Below are positions 45,236-54,388 of a stretch of DNA of 64,000 nucleotides, in pieces (position 1 is the stretch's first letter; the number at the start of each line of letters is the position of its first letter). A model generated the notes under the pieces. The model was given only the letters and a program-made list of their open reading frames with translations. It was not told where the DNA came from and ran no database searches. Both the position numbers and the translations under genes were made by a program. Source of the stretch: Candidatus Aminicenantes bacterium (GTDB lineage: Bacteria; Acidobacteriota; Aminicenantia; Aminicenantales; JAFGBC01); NCBI GenBank assembly GCA_963702005.1, contig OY969696.1, positions 896,001 to 960,000 on the forward strand. The letters run 5' to 3'.

Positions 45236-45793
45236 TCATTTTTTGACGGTCTCGCTCGGCTTTTCCCCCAGCCCGACCGGCTCGGGCTCCTTGAAGTCGA
45301 TCGTCTTGGAGACCTCATATTCGCCCAGCAGGACGAAGGGCGATCCCTTGGATTGAGCGAACAAACGGACCTGGTATGTTTTCCAGGCAGGGTTCGACTT
45401 GAACTGGGCCAGGTTCTTAGCCTCGACGCCGAGGTTGCTCTTGAGGCTGATCGTATCGCTCGTCCCGGCCGGCGGGACCGGTGTCCCGCGGATGGCGGCC
45501 AGGAAGCAGTCTCCCAAGTTTTCCTTGTCGCCCCATGCCTGGAAAATGGCGTTGAAGTTGATGTAGGACAGGGGTTTGTCGGAGATATTCTTGACCTTGA
45601 AGGAGACGACCGGGACGAGGATGAGCCGGGGCGGCCAAGGTTGATAGTACTTGGACACCCACTTCGTTTCGACGCCGAGAATCTCCATGGAAGCCTTGAG
45701 CTCGGCGGACGTCGTGGATTTGATGCAGGCGGCCGGGATGAGGGCGAGCCCCAGGACGGCCAGTATGGCAAGGGCGGGGAAAGCTCTTTTCAT
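45236..45793 (-). CDS. Hypothetical lipoprotein
   Basis: AAGGAGG RBS; MKRAF...LIPAAC lipobox-like signal. Confidence 0.7.
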   Translation of the reverse strand: MKRAFPALAILAVLGLALIPAACIKSTTSAELKASMEILGVETKWVSKYYQPWPPRLILVPVVSFKVKNISDKPLSYINFNAIFQAWGDKENLGDCFLAAIRGTPVPPAGTSDTISLKSNLGVEAKNLAQFKSNPAWKTYQVRLFAQSKGSPFVLLGEYEVSKTIDFKEPEPVGLGEKPSETVKK

Positions 45794-45874
45794 GTCTGTC
45801 CTCCTTGTTCCGGAACAGGACAAATATACTGGATGAGGCTTCATAATGCAACGACGGCCCGGACGGCCCGCCCG

Positions 45875-47050
45875 TTAACGGCGCACGATCCGGGAGGCGG
45901 GCACCAGCTCGACGCCGTAGACGTCGAGAAGGGGCAGCAGGTTCTTGAGGGTTCGGAGCGTGTTCTCGAACGGATGCCCGATCGCGATCGCGCCGTCCTT
46001 TTTGCGGGCCAGCCGGAGAAACTCGAAGAACTGGGCCTTGACGTCCGAGGCCGCGCCGTCGGCGTCGAGAAAGACGTCCCGGTAGGCCGAGGGAACGTTC
46101 ATCCCCAGCGCCAATTCGTAAGCCAGGGACCGTCCGCTCGTCCGGCTATCGATGAAGAACAGCCCGCGCTCCTTGAAGAGGGACAGGATGAATTTCATCA
46201 TCGGCTCGTCGGCGGTGATCCTCGATCCCATGTGGTTGTTGGCGCCGTCGACGCCGGGGACCCGGCTCAGCATGTCGTCGAAGGTCGCCCGGACTTGGGC
46301 TTCGCTCATCCCGGCCAGGATGAATCCGTTCCCGTCGCTCCCGCCTTCATGATTGGCGACGGATTCGAGCGGGAGATGGAGGATGACGTCCAAGCCGCAG
46401 GCGCGGGCCTTGGCCGCGGTCTCCTTGGCGAAAGGGCTCATGGGCAGGACGGCCACGGTCAGCGGCCGGGCCAGCGCGCAGATGTCCGATATGGCCTGGA
46501 GGCTGTTGCCCATGTCGTCGATAATGAGGGCGGCCCGATTCCGGCCCCTCGGGCCGGCGGGAGGCTTCTCCGCCGCCCTCGGTTTCGGCTCGTCGGGGCG
46601 GCAGCGGAAGACGATCTCCAGGCGGCCGCCCTCCCGTCCTTCGATGTCCCAGCGGCGGACGATGGCCGTCTCGACCGGCTCCTCCTTTTTGACGAGGACC
46701 GCGGCGTTGAGGGCGGCCAGCTCCTTGAGCAGGAAGGCCTCGATCGCGTCATAGCGGCTCTGGACGAGATCGATCCTCAGGTTGAGCCGTCCCGTCGCAT
46801 CCCTGCCTTCTTTGACGGACCGGCCCCGGACCTCCTGGGAAGCGAGGGCCTTGACGAGGCTTCGGGCGAGCGCTTCTTCGGGCGAGGCCGGCTGCCTGGA
46901 AGGAAGAAGCCTGGCAAAGATGTGGGAGCGCGCGCCTTTCGTGTACTGGACGTAATCGAGGCCGAGGACGGCCATCAGGGCGAGAAGAATGAGGATTATA
47001 ACGATAGACGTCGAAGGGGATCTTCCCTTGGCGAGGCCGCTCTTCCACAT
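45875..47050 (-). CDS. Divergent polysaccharide deacetylase family protein (YibQ-like)
   Basis: IIDDMG, LHLPLE, NNHMGS, FIDSRT, RDVFLD, AIGHP; N-terminal TM helix. Confidence 0.92.
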   Translation of the reverse strand: MWKSGLAKGRSPSTSIVIILILLALMAVLGLDYVQYTKGARSHIFARLLPSRQPASPEEALARSLVKALASQEVRGRSVKEGRDATGRLNLRIDLVQSRYDAIEAFLLKELAALNAAVLVKKEEPVETAIVRRWDIEGREGGRLEIVFRCRPDEPKPRAAEKPPAGPRGRNRAALIIDDMGNSLQAISDICALARPLTVAVLPMSPFAKETAAKARACGLDVILHLPLESVANHEGGSDGNGFILAGMSEAQVRATFDDMLSRVPGVDGANNHMGSRITADEPMMKFILSLFKERGLFFIDSRTSGRSLAYELALGMNVPSAYRDVFLDADGAASDVKAQFFEFLRLARKKDGAIAIGHPFENTLRTLKNLLPLLDVYGVELVPASRIVRR

Positions 47051-47053
47051 CCG

Positions 47054-48184
47054 TTAAAGCTTGGCGGCGAGCTCTTGAGTCTTTTTGAGGTAGGAAGCCG
47101 TGTCGCTTTTGCCCGATTCAAGGGGGAGGTCGGGGACGACCCCCTTGTCCCAGAGCTTCCGGCCCGAGGGGAGGACATAGAGGCCCGAGGTCAAGAGGAG
47201 CGCGCTTCCGTCCTCGAGGCGGAAGATACTTTGGCGGGAGGCGAGGCCGATCGTTTCGAACCCGACGACACGCGCCCGTTTCGATTCCTGAAGAAGGCCG
47301 GCCGCGGCCTCGGCCGCGCCAATCGTCGCCGGGCCGGTCCAGACGACGAGGGGAACGCTCTCGACGAGCGGAGCCTCCGGGCAGGCCAGGTTCTCGCGAA
47401 GGTCCCGTCTTTCGAGGGCGCCCGCGCTATCGATCTTGAGGAAAACATTGACCAGCTTGATGGCCTCGGGAACGGTCCCTTCCGCGCACTGGCGCAGGTC
47501 GAGGACGAGCGGGCCTTTCGCGGCCTTCAGGCGCTTGGCCAGGGATCCGCGCAAAGCCTGGGCGGCGCCCTGGGTGGTGCCGAAAGTCAGAATCAGCGGG
47601 CCGCCGTTCGACTCGGTCCAGCGAACGGGCCCGTCCGACAGGGTTTTCCGCCCGACAACGACTTCCTGGGTCGCGGTCTCCTTCAGGACGCGAATCCGGA
47701 CGGGCTTGTCCTGGGCGCTTTTAAGGGCGAGCCGGGCCTCGACCAGGCTCATGGCCAGGGTCGAATGATCGTCGAAGGCGCTCAGGGAGTCGCCGGGCTT
47801 GATGCCGCTCTTTTCGGCGGGAGACCCCTCGACGACGCTCAGGACCTGGGGAAAAAGGTTGTATCTCTTGAAAAGGATGATGCCCGTCTCCTTGAGCGGG
47901 CTCCGCCGGTCGGCTTCGTAGACGGCCAGGGTGTCTTTGTCCAGATAGGCGGAGAGCGGATCCAGGCTGTTGACGAGGCCGCGATAGGCGCCGCCCATCG
48001 TTTGATCGGCGTTGCGCTCCTCGACGTAATCGTTCTTGATGAGGTCGGCGACGGAGCGCACCAGCGCGAAATCCTTGTCGGACTGGCCGGCCGGCGACGT
48101 GCCGGGCAGGAAGCTCCGGCCCAGGAGAACGAGCAGGATCAGCGCGGCCGCTCCGCTCAGGAGGACGTAGCGTTTCATGTTCAT
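47054..48184 (-). CDS. S41/CtpA-like PDZ protease homolog, probably catalytically degenerate
   Basis: LDPLSAY, PDZ segment (GSPAEKSGIKPGD), LVLDLR, GVVPD; TIGAAE and TIGLA replace TASASE and TFGKG. Confidence 0.8.
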   Translation of the reverse strand: MNMKRYVLLSGAAALILLVLLGRSFLPGTSPAGQSDKDFALVRSVADLIKNDYVEERNADQTMGGAYRGLVNSLDPLSAYLDKDTLAVYEADRRSPLKETGIILFKRYNLFPQVLSVVEGSPAEKSGIKPGDSLSAFDDHSTLAMSLVEARLALKSAQDKPVRIRVLKETATQEVVVGRKTLSDGPVRWTESNGGPLILTFGTTQGAAQALRGSLAKRLKAAKGPLVLDLRQCAEGTVPEAIKLVNVFLKIDSAGALERRDLRENLACPEAPLVESVPLVVWTGPATIGAAEAAAGLLQESKRARVVGFETIGLASRQSIFRLEDGSALLLTSGLYVLPSGRKLWDKGVVPDLPLESGKSDTASYLKKTQELAAKL

Positions 48185-48211
48185 GGTTGCAGCGATAGAA
48201 AAGCTATTCTA

Positions 48212-49408
48212 TCACTTCTTTTTCAGCCAAAGCAAGGGATCGAGAGCCAGGGTTCGGAAGCGTATCTCGAAGTAGAGGGTCGGTCCCTTGAGCGAGCCGT
48301 AATCGCCGGCCACCGCCAGAGGCTGGCCGTCGCGGACAATGTCCCCGAGCCGGACCAGGAACTCGGAGCAGTGGGCGTAGAGGGTGTAATAAGTCAGGCC
48401 GTGGTCGAGGATGAGGAGGTTCCCGTAGCCTTGGAGAAAGTCCGCGAAGACGACCTTGCCGGTGTGGACGGCCACGACGATCAGGCTGTCCTTGCGGGGG
48501 ACGATTTCGATCCCGTTGTTCTTGACGGCCGTGTTGAACCGGGCGTGCCGCTGGATGCCGAAGCTGGTCGCGACGCTGCCCTCGATTGGCCAGGGGATGC
48601 GGCCCTTCTTGTCCGAGAGGGGGATCGGGATGAAGGGAAGGGCGGACGCCCGGCCGGCCAGCTTTTTCATCAGGATCTGGAGCTCCTCGGCGCTCGCCTT
48701 GAGTTCCTCCAGGTTCTGCTCGAACGTCTTTTTGTTCTCCTCGATCCGGGTCAGAAGGTCCCTGTTTTTCCGCTCCTCGGCCTCGACCTCGGCCCTCTTG
48801 CCGCGGGCCTTGCCGGCCAGCGACGCGATCTCGGCCCGCTTGGACTCGAGGGCCGTCCGGGTCGCTTCGAGCTCGCCCAGGGTCTTCAAGTATTCGGCGA
48901 TCGTCGTCTCCTGGTAGCGGGCCAGTCCGGCCAGGAGCTTGCTCTCGCTGAACAGGACCTGGACGCTCTCGGCCTGGAGCAGGGACTGGAAGAGGTCGAA
49001 ACGGCCGAATTTATAGAGGGCGACCAGCGTCCGCTCCATGGACCGTTTTTCGGCGTCGAGACGGGCTTGGAGCTCGCCCGACTTTTTCCGCAGGTTCCCC
49101 AGCTCGCGGCCGTTCTTGTCGAGCTGGACCTCCAAGAGGGAGAGCTCCTTCTGGAGGAGGCTCTTGGTCAGGCTGATCCGCGCCAGCTGGCTGAGGATGG
49201 TCTCCTGTTTCTGATCCTCCTCGGCCAGCCGGGCCTTGAGGCCCGTGATCTGGTCGTTGATCTCGGCCAGCCGCTTTTCGTATTCCGAGAGGTCCTGGGC
49301 GCCCTGAGCCGGCTGGGCTTGATAAGGACCCGGCGAAGCGGGGCGGACCGAGGCCAGAAGAAAAGTCCAGGCCCCCAGCAGGATCGCGGCCCATCGTCGT
49401 CGGATCAT
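48212..49408 (-). CDS. envC: Murein hydrolase activator EnvC family (coiled coil plus degenerate M23)
   Basis: Long coiled coil; KGRIPWPIEG, NNGIEI, TLYAH, LYFEIR. Confidence 0.85.
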   Translation of the reverse strand: MIRRRWAAILLGAWTFLLASVRPASPGPYQAQPAQGAQDLSEYEKRLAEINDQITGLKARLAEEDQKQETILSQLARISLTKSLLQKELSLLEVQLDKNGRELGNLRKKSGELQARLDAEKRSMERTLVALYKFGRFDLFQSLLQAESVQVLFSESKLLAGLARYQETTIAEYLKTLGELEATRTALESKRAEIASLAGKARGKRAEVEAEERKNRDLLTRIEENKKTFEQNLEELKASAEELQILMKKLAGRASALPFIPIPLSDKKGRIPWPIEGSVATSFGIQRHARFNTAVKNNGIEIVPRKDSLIVVAVHTGKVVFADFLQGYGNLLILDHGLTYYTLYAHCSEFLVRLGDIVRDGQPLAVAGDYGSLKGPTLYFEIRFRTLALDPLLWLKKK

Positions 49409-50370
49409 TTTCGAAGGACGTAGATGACGCCGCCGGCGGCCCCCACGACGAGGCCGATGCCGACCTCGACGAGCGAGAACGAGAAGGCCGTCCCGGCGCC
49501 GATCCCGTAGAATTTGAAAATCTCGATATAGGAGGCCTCGCGGATTCCCCAGCCGTTGATGGAGACAGGAATCGTCTGGACGAGGAGGACGATCGGGATG
49601 AAGATGAAATAATCCAAGGGCCGGATGTCGAGGCGGAAGGCCTTTCCGATCAGGATGTAGTAGATGACGACGTTGACCTGGAGGAGGAGGGCCCAGAGCA
49701 GAGCCGCCAGGAAGGGGCCCGGCCGCTTTCGGTAGTGGAGGACCGTTTCCCGGAAGCGAAGGGCCTTGTCCTTGAACCAGCCGAAGACGCCCCGCTCGGG
49801 CAGGGCTTCGAGGGCGCGCCGGGCGATGGGCGTGAAGAAGAGGACGATGCAGAGAAGGCCGGCGCAGCCGAGAAGAAGCGCGGCCCAGATGACGGGGACG
49901 CGGCGGGCCATCTCGATCCGGAACAGGGAGGCGACGAGCGCGAACAGGAACAGGACGATGATCCCGGTCAGCCGCTCGACGGCGACGATGGCCGAGGACT
50001 TGAGGAGGGAACGCGAGAAGCGGGAGCCGTCCCAGATCCGGACGATGTCCCCGCCGAAGCGGGTCGGCAGGAAGATGTTGAAAAACTGCCCGACCAGGTA
50101 GGAGCGGGCCAGGAATCCGAGCGGAACCTCGTCGCCCTGGGCCCGGGCCAGGATCTGCCAGCGGTAGGCGCTGATGAGAAGGCCGACGGCGTGGAGGGAG
50201 AAAGCGACCAGGATCCAGCCCGGACGGACCGTGCGGAGGACGTTGAGGATGTCCCGGACCGCGACCTTGGAGACGAGAAGAAAGACGAGAATCGAGGCGC
50301 TGAAGACGAGCTTGGGGATGAACCAGAGGGGGCGCCTTTTTCCTGCTTTGACCATGGAGAGCTTTTTCAT
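49405..50370 (-). CDS. Lysylphosphatidylglycerol synthase TM / flippase-like membrane protein
   Basis: RWQIL, FNIFLPTRFGGDIVR, PVSINGWGIRE; many TM helices. Confidence 0.88.
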   Translation of the reverse strand: MKKLSMVKAGKRRPLWFIPKLVFSASILVFLLVSKVAVRDILNVLRTVRPGWILVAFSLHAVGLLISAYRWQILARAQGDEVPLGFLARSYLVGQFFNIFLPTRFGGDIVRIWDGSRFSRSLLKSSAIVAVERLTGIIVLFLFALVASLFRIEMARRVPVIWAALLLGCAGLLCIVLFFTPIARRALEALPERGVFGWFKDKALRFRETVLHYRKRPGPFLAALLWALLLQVNVVIYYILIGKAFRLDIRPLDYFIFIPIVLLVQTIPVSINGWGIREASYIEIFKFYGIGAGTAFSFSLVEVGIGLVVGAAGGVIYVLRK

Positions 50371-50388
50371 TTATAGTTTATCGAGCCC

Positions 50389-52704
50389 ATGATGTCAAAC
50401 GACGCTTTCGAAGGAAAGCTTGTCGGCGACGCGCGCCGCATCTGGGAAGCCGCGCTGAAGGCCGCGGACGCCGAACGGCTCACGGCCGGCGCCCTGGCCC
50501 GGCGGGGGAAGAAGCTTGTCGTGGGGGACAGGAGGTTCGACCTCCGGCGTTATCGGCGAATTTTCCTGTGCGCCTTCGGCAAGGCGGGGCCGGTCATGGC
50601 CCGGGGCGCGATGTCCGTACTGGGCGACAAGGTCTCGGAAGGGATCGTGGTCGGGCCCGACCTTTCCATGCCCGGAGCCGAAAAACTCCGGTTCCTTCCG
50701 GCCGCCCATCCGCTTCCCGACGAGCGGAGCGTCCGGGCGGCCGAGGCTATTCTCGAACTGGCCGGGAGAGCCGGGGCCGACGACCTTCTGGTCGTGCTCA
50801 TCTCGGGCGGCGGTTCGGCCCAGGTCGCGCTCCCTGCCGGAGACGTGACGATCGAGGAGAAGCGGCGCCTGACGGACGAGCTTATGCGCGCGGGCGCCGG
50901 GATCGACGAGCTCAACGCCGTCCGCCGGCGCTTGTCGGCCTTCAAAAGCGGCAAGCTCGCCCGGATCGCGTTCCCCGCCTCGGTCCTAAGCCTCGTCCTG
51001 TCCGATGTCGTCGGGAACGACCTCTCCGTCATCGCCTCGGGGCCGACCGTCCCCGATCCGGCCGCGCGGGGCGAAGCCAAGAAGGTTTTGATTAAATATG
51101 GGTTGTGGGAAGGGGCTCCCGTTTCGGTCCGATCCGTCTTGGAAGAGGGCGATGCTGTCCAGAGCGACGGCAGCGATCCTGTTTTCGACCGGGTTGTCAA
51201 CGTCCTTGTGGGCGATAACAGCGGCGCCTTGGCGGCCGCGAAGAAGGAAGCCGAGAGGATCGGGTTCCGCTGCTTCGTCCTGACCTCCTCGGACCGCGGG
51301 GAGGCGAGGGAGGCGGCCCGCCGCTACACGGCCCTCCTCGAGATCCTGGCCGTCCAGAGGCCGGTCGTCCGTCCGCTCTGCCTCCTTGCCGGGGGAGAGC
51401 TGACGGTGACCGTGCGCGGGCCGGGGCGGGGCGGCCGGAACCAGGAGTTCGTCCTGGCCTCGCTCATCGAGATGGGGCGGCGCTTCCGGGGCCGGGGCGA
51501 ATGGCTCATCGCCAGCCTGGGCACGGACGGTGTGGATGGGGCGACCGATGCCGCGGGCGCCCGGGCCGGCCCCGCCGTCGGCGAACGGGCCGGAAGCTTG
51601 GCTCTCGATGCCGGCGCGTTCCTGGAAGCCAACGATTCCTACGGCTTTTTCGATCGGACCGGCGGGCTCATCGTGACCGGGCCGACCCGGACCAACGTCA
51701 TGGACATCCGCATCCTTCTCTACGCGCCTCCGAAATCGCTTGCATCCCGCCATTCCCCTTTTCTGCTGATTAAAAAATCAGCCGGCACCATTCTTTGCGT
51801 CCGAATCGGAGGTCTCGGCGACCTCCTGGCGGCGCTTCCTTCCCTACGGCTTATCCGCGGAGCTCGGCCCGGCGCGCGCCTTATCCTGCTGGGCCGCCCC
51901 GACTATGGAGGGCTGTTGCTGCGGACGGGCGCCGTGGACGAGGTCGCGGATGCCGGAGCGGCCGAATTCGCCGGCTTCCTTTCGGGGAGCGCGCAGGGCG
52001 CCGTCGCGGCGCGGCTTTGGCTGGAGCGGTTCTCGCTCGTCGTCGGCTGGATGAACAATCCGGAACGGGGCCGGGCCCTTGAGGCCGTCCTGAGGTCTTT
52101 CGGAAAGGCGAGCGCGATCATCGGCTTTGAGGCGGCGAGCGGCGAGACGGTCAGCCGTTTCTTTTTCGAGCGGACGGCGGCCGCGCTCGCGACCGCGCCG
52201 AAGCCGGGACAATTCGAGGAGTGCGCGCGTCTTCCCCTCCCGGCCGCCGGGCCGGAGCCGAGGGAGCGTCTCGTCCTCATCCACCCTGGAAGCGGGAGCG
52301 CCGAGAAATGCTGGCCGCTCGACCGTTTCCTCGAGATCTCCCGCCGGCTGAGCGGGCAAGGCTTCGCGGGCGGGATCGTCCTGGGAGAGGCCGAGGAACG
52401 GCTCGTCCCCGAGATCAAGCGCGGCGGCTTACCGCCGGATTGGCAGGGACTGGACCGGCCGCCCCTGTCGGTTCTTGCCTATCTTCTCGGCCGCGCCTCC
52501 CTCTACATCGGAAACGACTCGGGGGTGACCCATCTTGCCGCCGCCCGCGGGGCTCCCGTCCTGGCTCTGTTCTTGGAGAAGCACGTCGCGGCTTGGGCCC
52601 CGTTCGGGCGGAGCCGGGTCATCGCCGCCCCGGAAATAACGGCCATCGGGGTCGATCGGGTCTGGGAGGAAGCGGCCGCCCTGCTCGGCCTCGGGGCCGA
52701 TTGA
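50389..52704 (+). CDS. Glycerate 2-kinase (MOFRL family) fused to glycosyltransferase family 9
   Basis: N-terminal part: GKA, HPLPD, ISGGGSA, GGRNQE, GTDGVDG, TGPTRTNVMD. C-terminal part: GGLGD, HPGSG..KCWP, IGNDSG.THLAA. No stop codon between them. Confidence 0.85.
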   Translation: MMSNDAFEGKLVGDARRIWEAALKAADAERLTAGALARRGKKLVVGDRRFDLRRYRRIFLCAFGKAGPVMARGAMSVLGDKVSEGIVVGPDLSMPGAEKLRFLPAAHPLPDERSVRAAEAILELAGRAGADDLLVVLISGGGSAQVALPAGDVTIEEKRRLTDELMRAGAGIDELNAVRRRLSAFKSGKLARIAFPASVLSLVLSDVVGNDLSVIASGPTVPDPAARGEAKKVLIKYGLWEGAPVSVRSVLEEGDAVQSDGSDPVFDRVVNVLVGDNSGALAAAKKEAERIGFRCFVLTSSDRGEAREAARRYTALLEILAVQRPVVRPLCLLAGGELTVTVRGPGRGGRNQEFVLASLIEMGRRFRGRGEWLIASLGTDGVDGATDAAGARAGPAVGERAGSLALDAGAFLEANDSYGFFDRTGGLIVTGPTRTNVMDIRILLYAPPKSLASRHSPFLLIKKSAGTILCVRIGGLGDLLAALPSLRLIRGARPGARLILLGRPDYGGLLLRTGAVDEVADAGAAEFAGFLSGSAQGAVAARLWLERFSLVVGWMNNPERGRALEAVLRSFGKASAIIGFEAASGETVSRFFFERTAAALATAPKPGQFEECARLPLPAAGPEPRERLVLIHPGSGSAEKCWPLDRFLEISRRLSGQGFAGGIVLGEAEERLVPEIKRGGLPPDWQGLDRPPLSVLAYLLGRASLYIGNDSGVTHLAAARGAPVLALFLEKHVAAWAPFGRSRVIAAPEITAIGVDRVWEEAAALLGLGAD

Positions 52705-52791
52705 GCGGCGCTGTCCGAAATCATGTGCAAATCGCCGAAACACCAGCGGAATCAAGGGGATGGCGGCGGATTCCACAGGATATTGACAGGT

Positions 52792-52800
52792 TTATCCACA
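52792..52800 (+). promoter_or_regulatory. Consensus DnaA box
   Basis: TTATCCACA in an intergenic region, preceded by two degenerate copies. Confidence 0.4.
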
Positions 52801-53011
52801 TCCCCGGCGAGGCGGCGGGTCCTCCCTGAAATTACGGAATTTTGTATTTGAAATTGTCCCGGTTTGTGCTAACATGAATTCGGCTCTCTTTCGCCGGCTG
52901 GAGAGGGCTCCCTCAACTTTTCCAATCATCACCCCCTTTTGCTGACCTCAGCCGGCACCCTTCCGCGCGGCCTTTTCCCTTGACTTCCGATTGTGGTAAT
53001 ATAGTCGCAAG

Positions 53012-53491
53012 ATGACCGAAGCGAGCATGCCCGACGAGAAGTGGAAGGATCAGCTCCGAACCTACTTCGAACACCTCCGGATCATCGAGAAGTGCAAGCA
53101 CGACACCCTGGAGCACTTCGCCCAATTCACGGAGTTCATCGCCGAGCCGGCCTGCGAGGCCCTCGAGGACGAGCTCAAGCCCCATGGGATCAAGGTCAGC
53201 TTCGCGAAAGAGAGGGGCTCGTCCCTGGCCTTCAACATCGCCTTTCCCAGGTCCAAGGAGACGAATTTCAGCTACATGATCCTGCTGCCCAAGAACTCGG
53301 TCGAGCTCAAGCTCAACAGGAAAACGGTCGGCCGGCGCACCCCCCGGAGCCTGACCATGGAGGAGTTCGGACCGTTCTTCGAGGGGCTGAGCTCGATCGA
53401 GCTGATGAAACTGACCAAGGAGCGGCTCCTCGAGGACGTCATCGCCCGCTACCGGGATTTCCGCTTCCGGTCGCTGACCCTGCCCGACTGA
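53012..53491 (+). CDS. Hypothetical protein
   Basis: 159 aa, genome-typical GC3-rich codons; extended -10 TGgTAATAT upstream. Confidence 0.75.
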   Translation: MTEASMPDEKWKDQLRTYFEHLRIIEKCKHDTLEHFAQFTEFIAEPACEALEDELKPHGIKVSFAKERGSSLAFNIAFPRSKETNFSYMILLPKNSVELKLNRKTVGRRTPRSLTMEEFGPFFEGLSSIELMKLTKERLLEDVIARYRDFRFRSLTLPD

Positions 53492-53510
53492 GCGGGCCGG
53501 CGCCCGCCCC

Positions 53511-54272
53511 CTATTTCTTTCCCCAGCCCAGGCACTCCATCTGCCGGAAGAGGTAGTCGTAGCTCGGCCGGTCCCAGGTGTTTTGGCCCATGTACTTGAA
53601 CTGGAGCGTCCCGGCCGCATCGATGAGCATGACGGTGGGGATGTTCTGGTCGATCTTGCTCCCGCTCCATTCCGCGGCGAAGATGCCCAGGCCGCCCGTG
53701 ACGACGCGGGCGGCGTCGATGAGGATGGGGAAGGGGGTCGGGACGTCGCCTTTCTTGAAGAGAAGGTCCTTGGGGAGGCCCTTGCGGAGGCGCCCCATGC
53801 GGGCTTTCCCATTTTCGTCGAGCTTGTCCGGCTCGGCCGGATACTTCCAGCCGTGGAGCTTTTCGAGCTGGTCGGGCATGGCGTCGATCCAGGCCTGGAC
53901 GGTCTCCTTCGGGTAGGGGAGGACATAGAGGATGTCGAGGTTGAACTTCTTGCGGACGGACTCGGTCCGCTCCAGCTCGACGAGATCCGCGTAAAAATAA
54001 TTGCAGATCGTGCACCAATAGTTCTCGGCGGCGTAGCCGCGCGGGAAGACGACGAGGACGTTTTTCCCCTTGAGCTTGGAAAGCGTGACTTCGGGGCCCT
54101 GGAGGGAGGGAAGGGTGAAGTCGGGCATGGGCTGGCCGACGGTGACGGGCTTGATCTCGGGGGCCGGGGTCTGCGCGCGGAGCGCGGCCGGCGCGAGCGC
54201 CGCCAGAATAAACGCGGCGGATATTCCGATGACTTCAACGGTTTGAGGAAGGCCTTTTCTCTGTCTGAACAT
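53511..54272 (-). CDS. Redoxin / AhpC-TSA family thioredoxin-fold protein, probably exported
   Basis: VGQPMPDFTLP, WCTIC (CxxC), FPILID, PTVMLID; GAGGAG RBS before 54272. Confidence 0.82.
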   Translation of the reverse strand: MFRQRKGLPQTVEVIGISAAFILAALAPAALRAQTPAPEIKPVTVGQPMPDFTLPSLQGPEVTLSKLKGKNVLVVFPRGYAAENYWCTICNYFYADLVELERTESVRKKFNLDILYVLPYPKETVQAWIDAMPDQLEKLHGWKYPAEPDKLDENGKARMGRLRKGLPKDLLFKKGDVPTPFPILIDAARVVTGGLGIFAAEWSGSKIDQNIPTVMLIDAAGTLQFKYMGQNTWDRPSYDYLFRQMECLGWGKK

Positions 54273-54315
54273 GACTCCTCCTAATCCGGAGATGGAATAA
54301 GTATAGTTTTTTTTA

Positions 54316-54344
54316 TTGACAATGTGAATCTTCTTTTTTATAGT
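54316..54344 (+). promoter_or_regulatory. sigma70 promoter of the first CHAT gene
   Basis: TTGACA (54316-54321) N17 TATAGT (54339-54344) with an upstream T-tract. Confidence 0.65.
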
Positions 54345-54388
54345 TCGTCTCAATATAGGAGCCTGAAGTAGAAAGGGCCTCGGGAGGG

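Noticed and set aside
45226-45771. N-terminal extension of the 366-aa ORF containing pdaD
   Set aside because: Overlaps the lipoprotein gene in another frame; decarboxylase similarity begins at the ATG at 45225.
44936-49423. 1495-aa plus-strand ORF
   Set aside because: Antisense shadow of the minus-strand genes from envC to pdaD in GC-rich DNA; no recognisable motifs.
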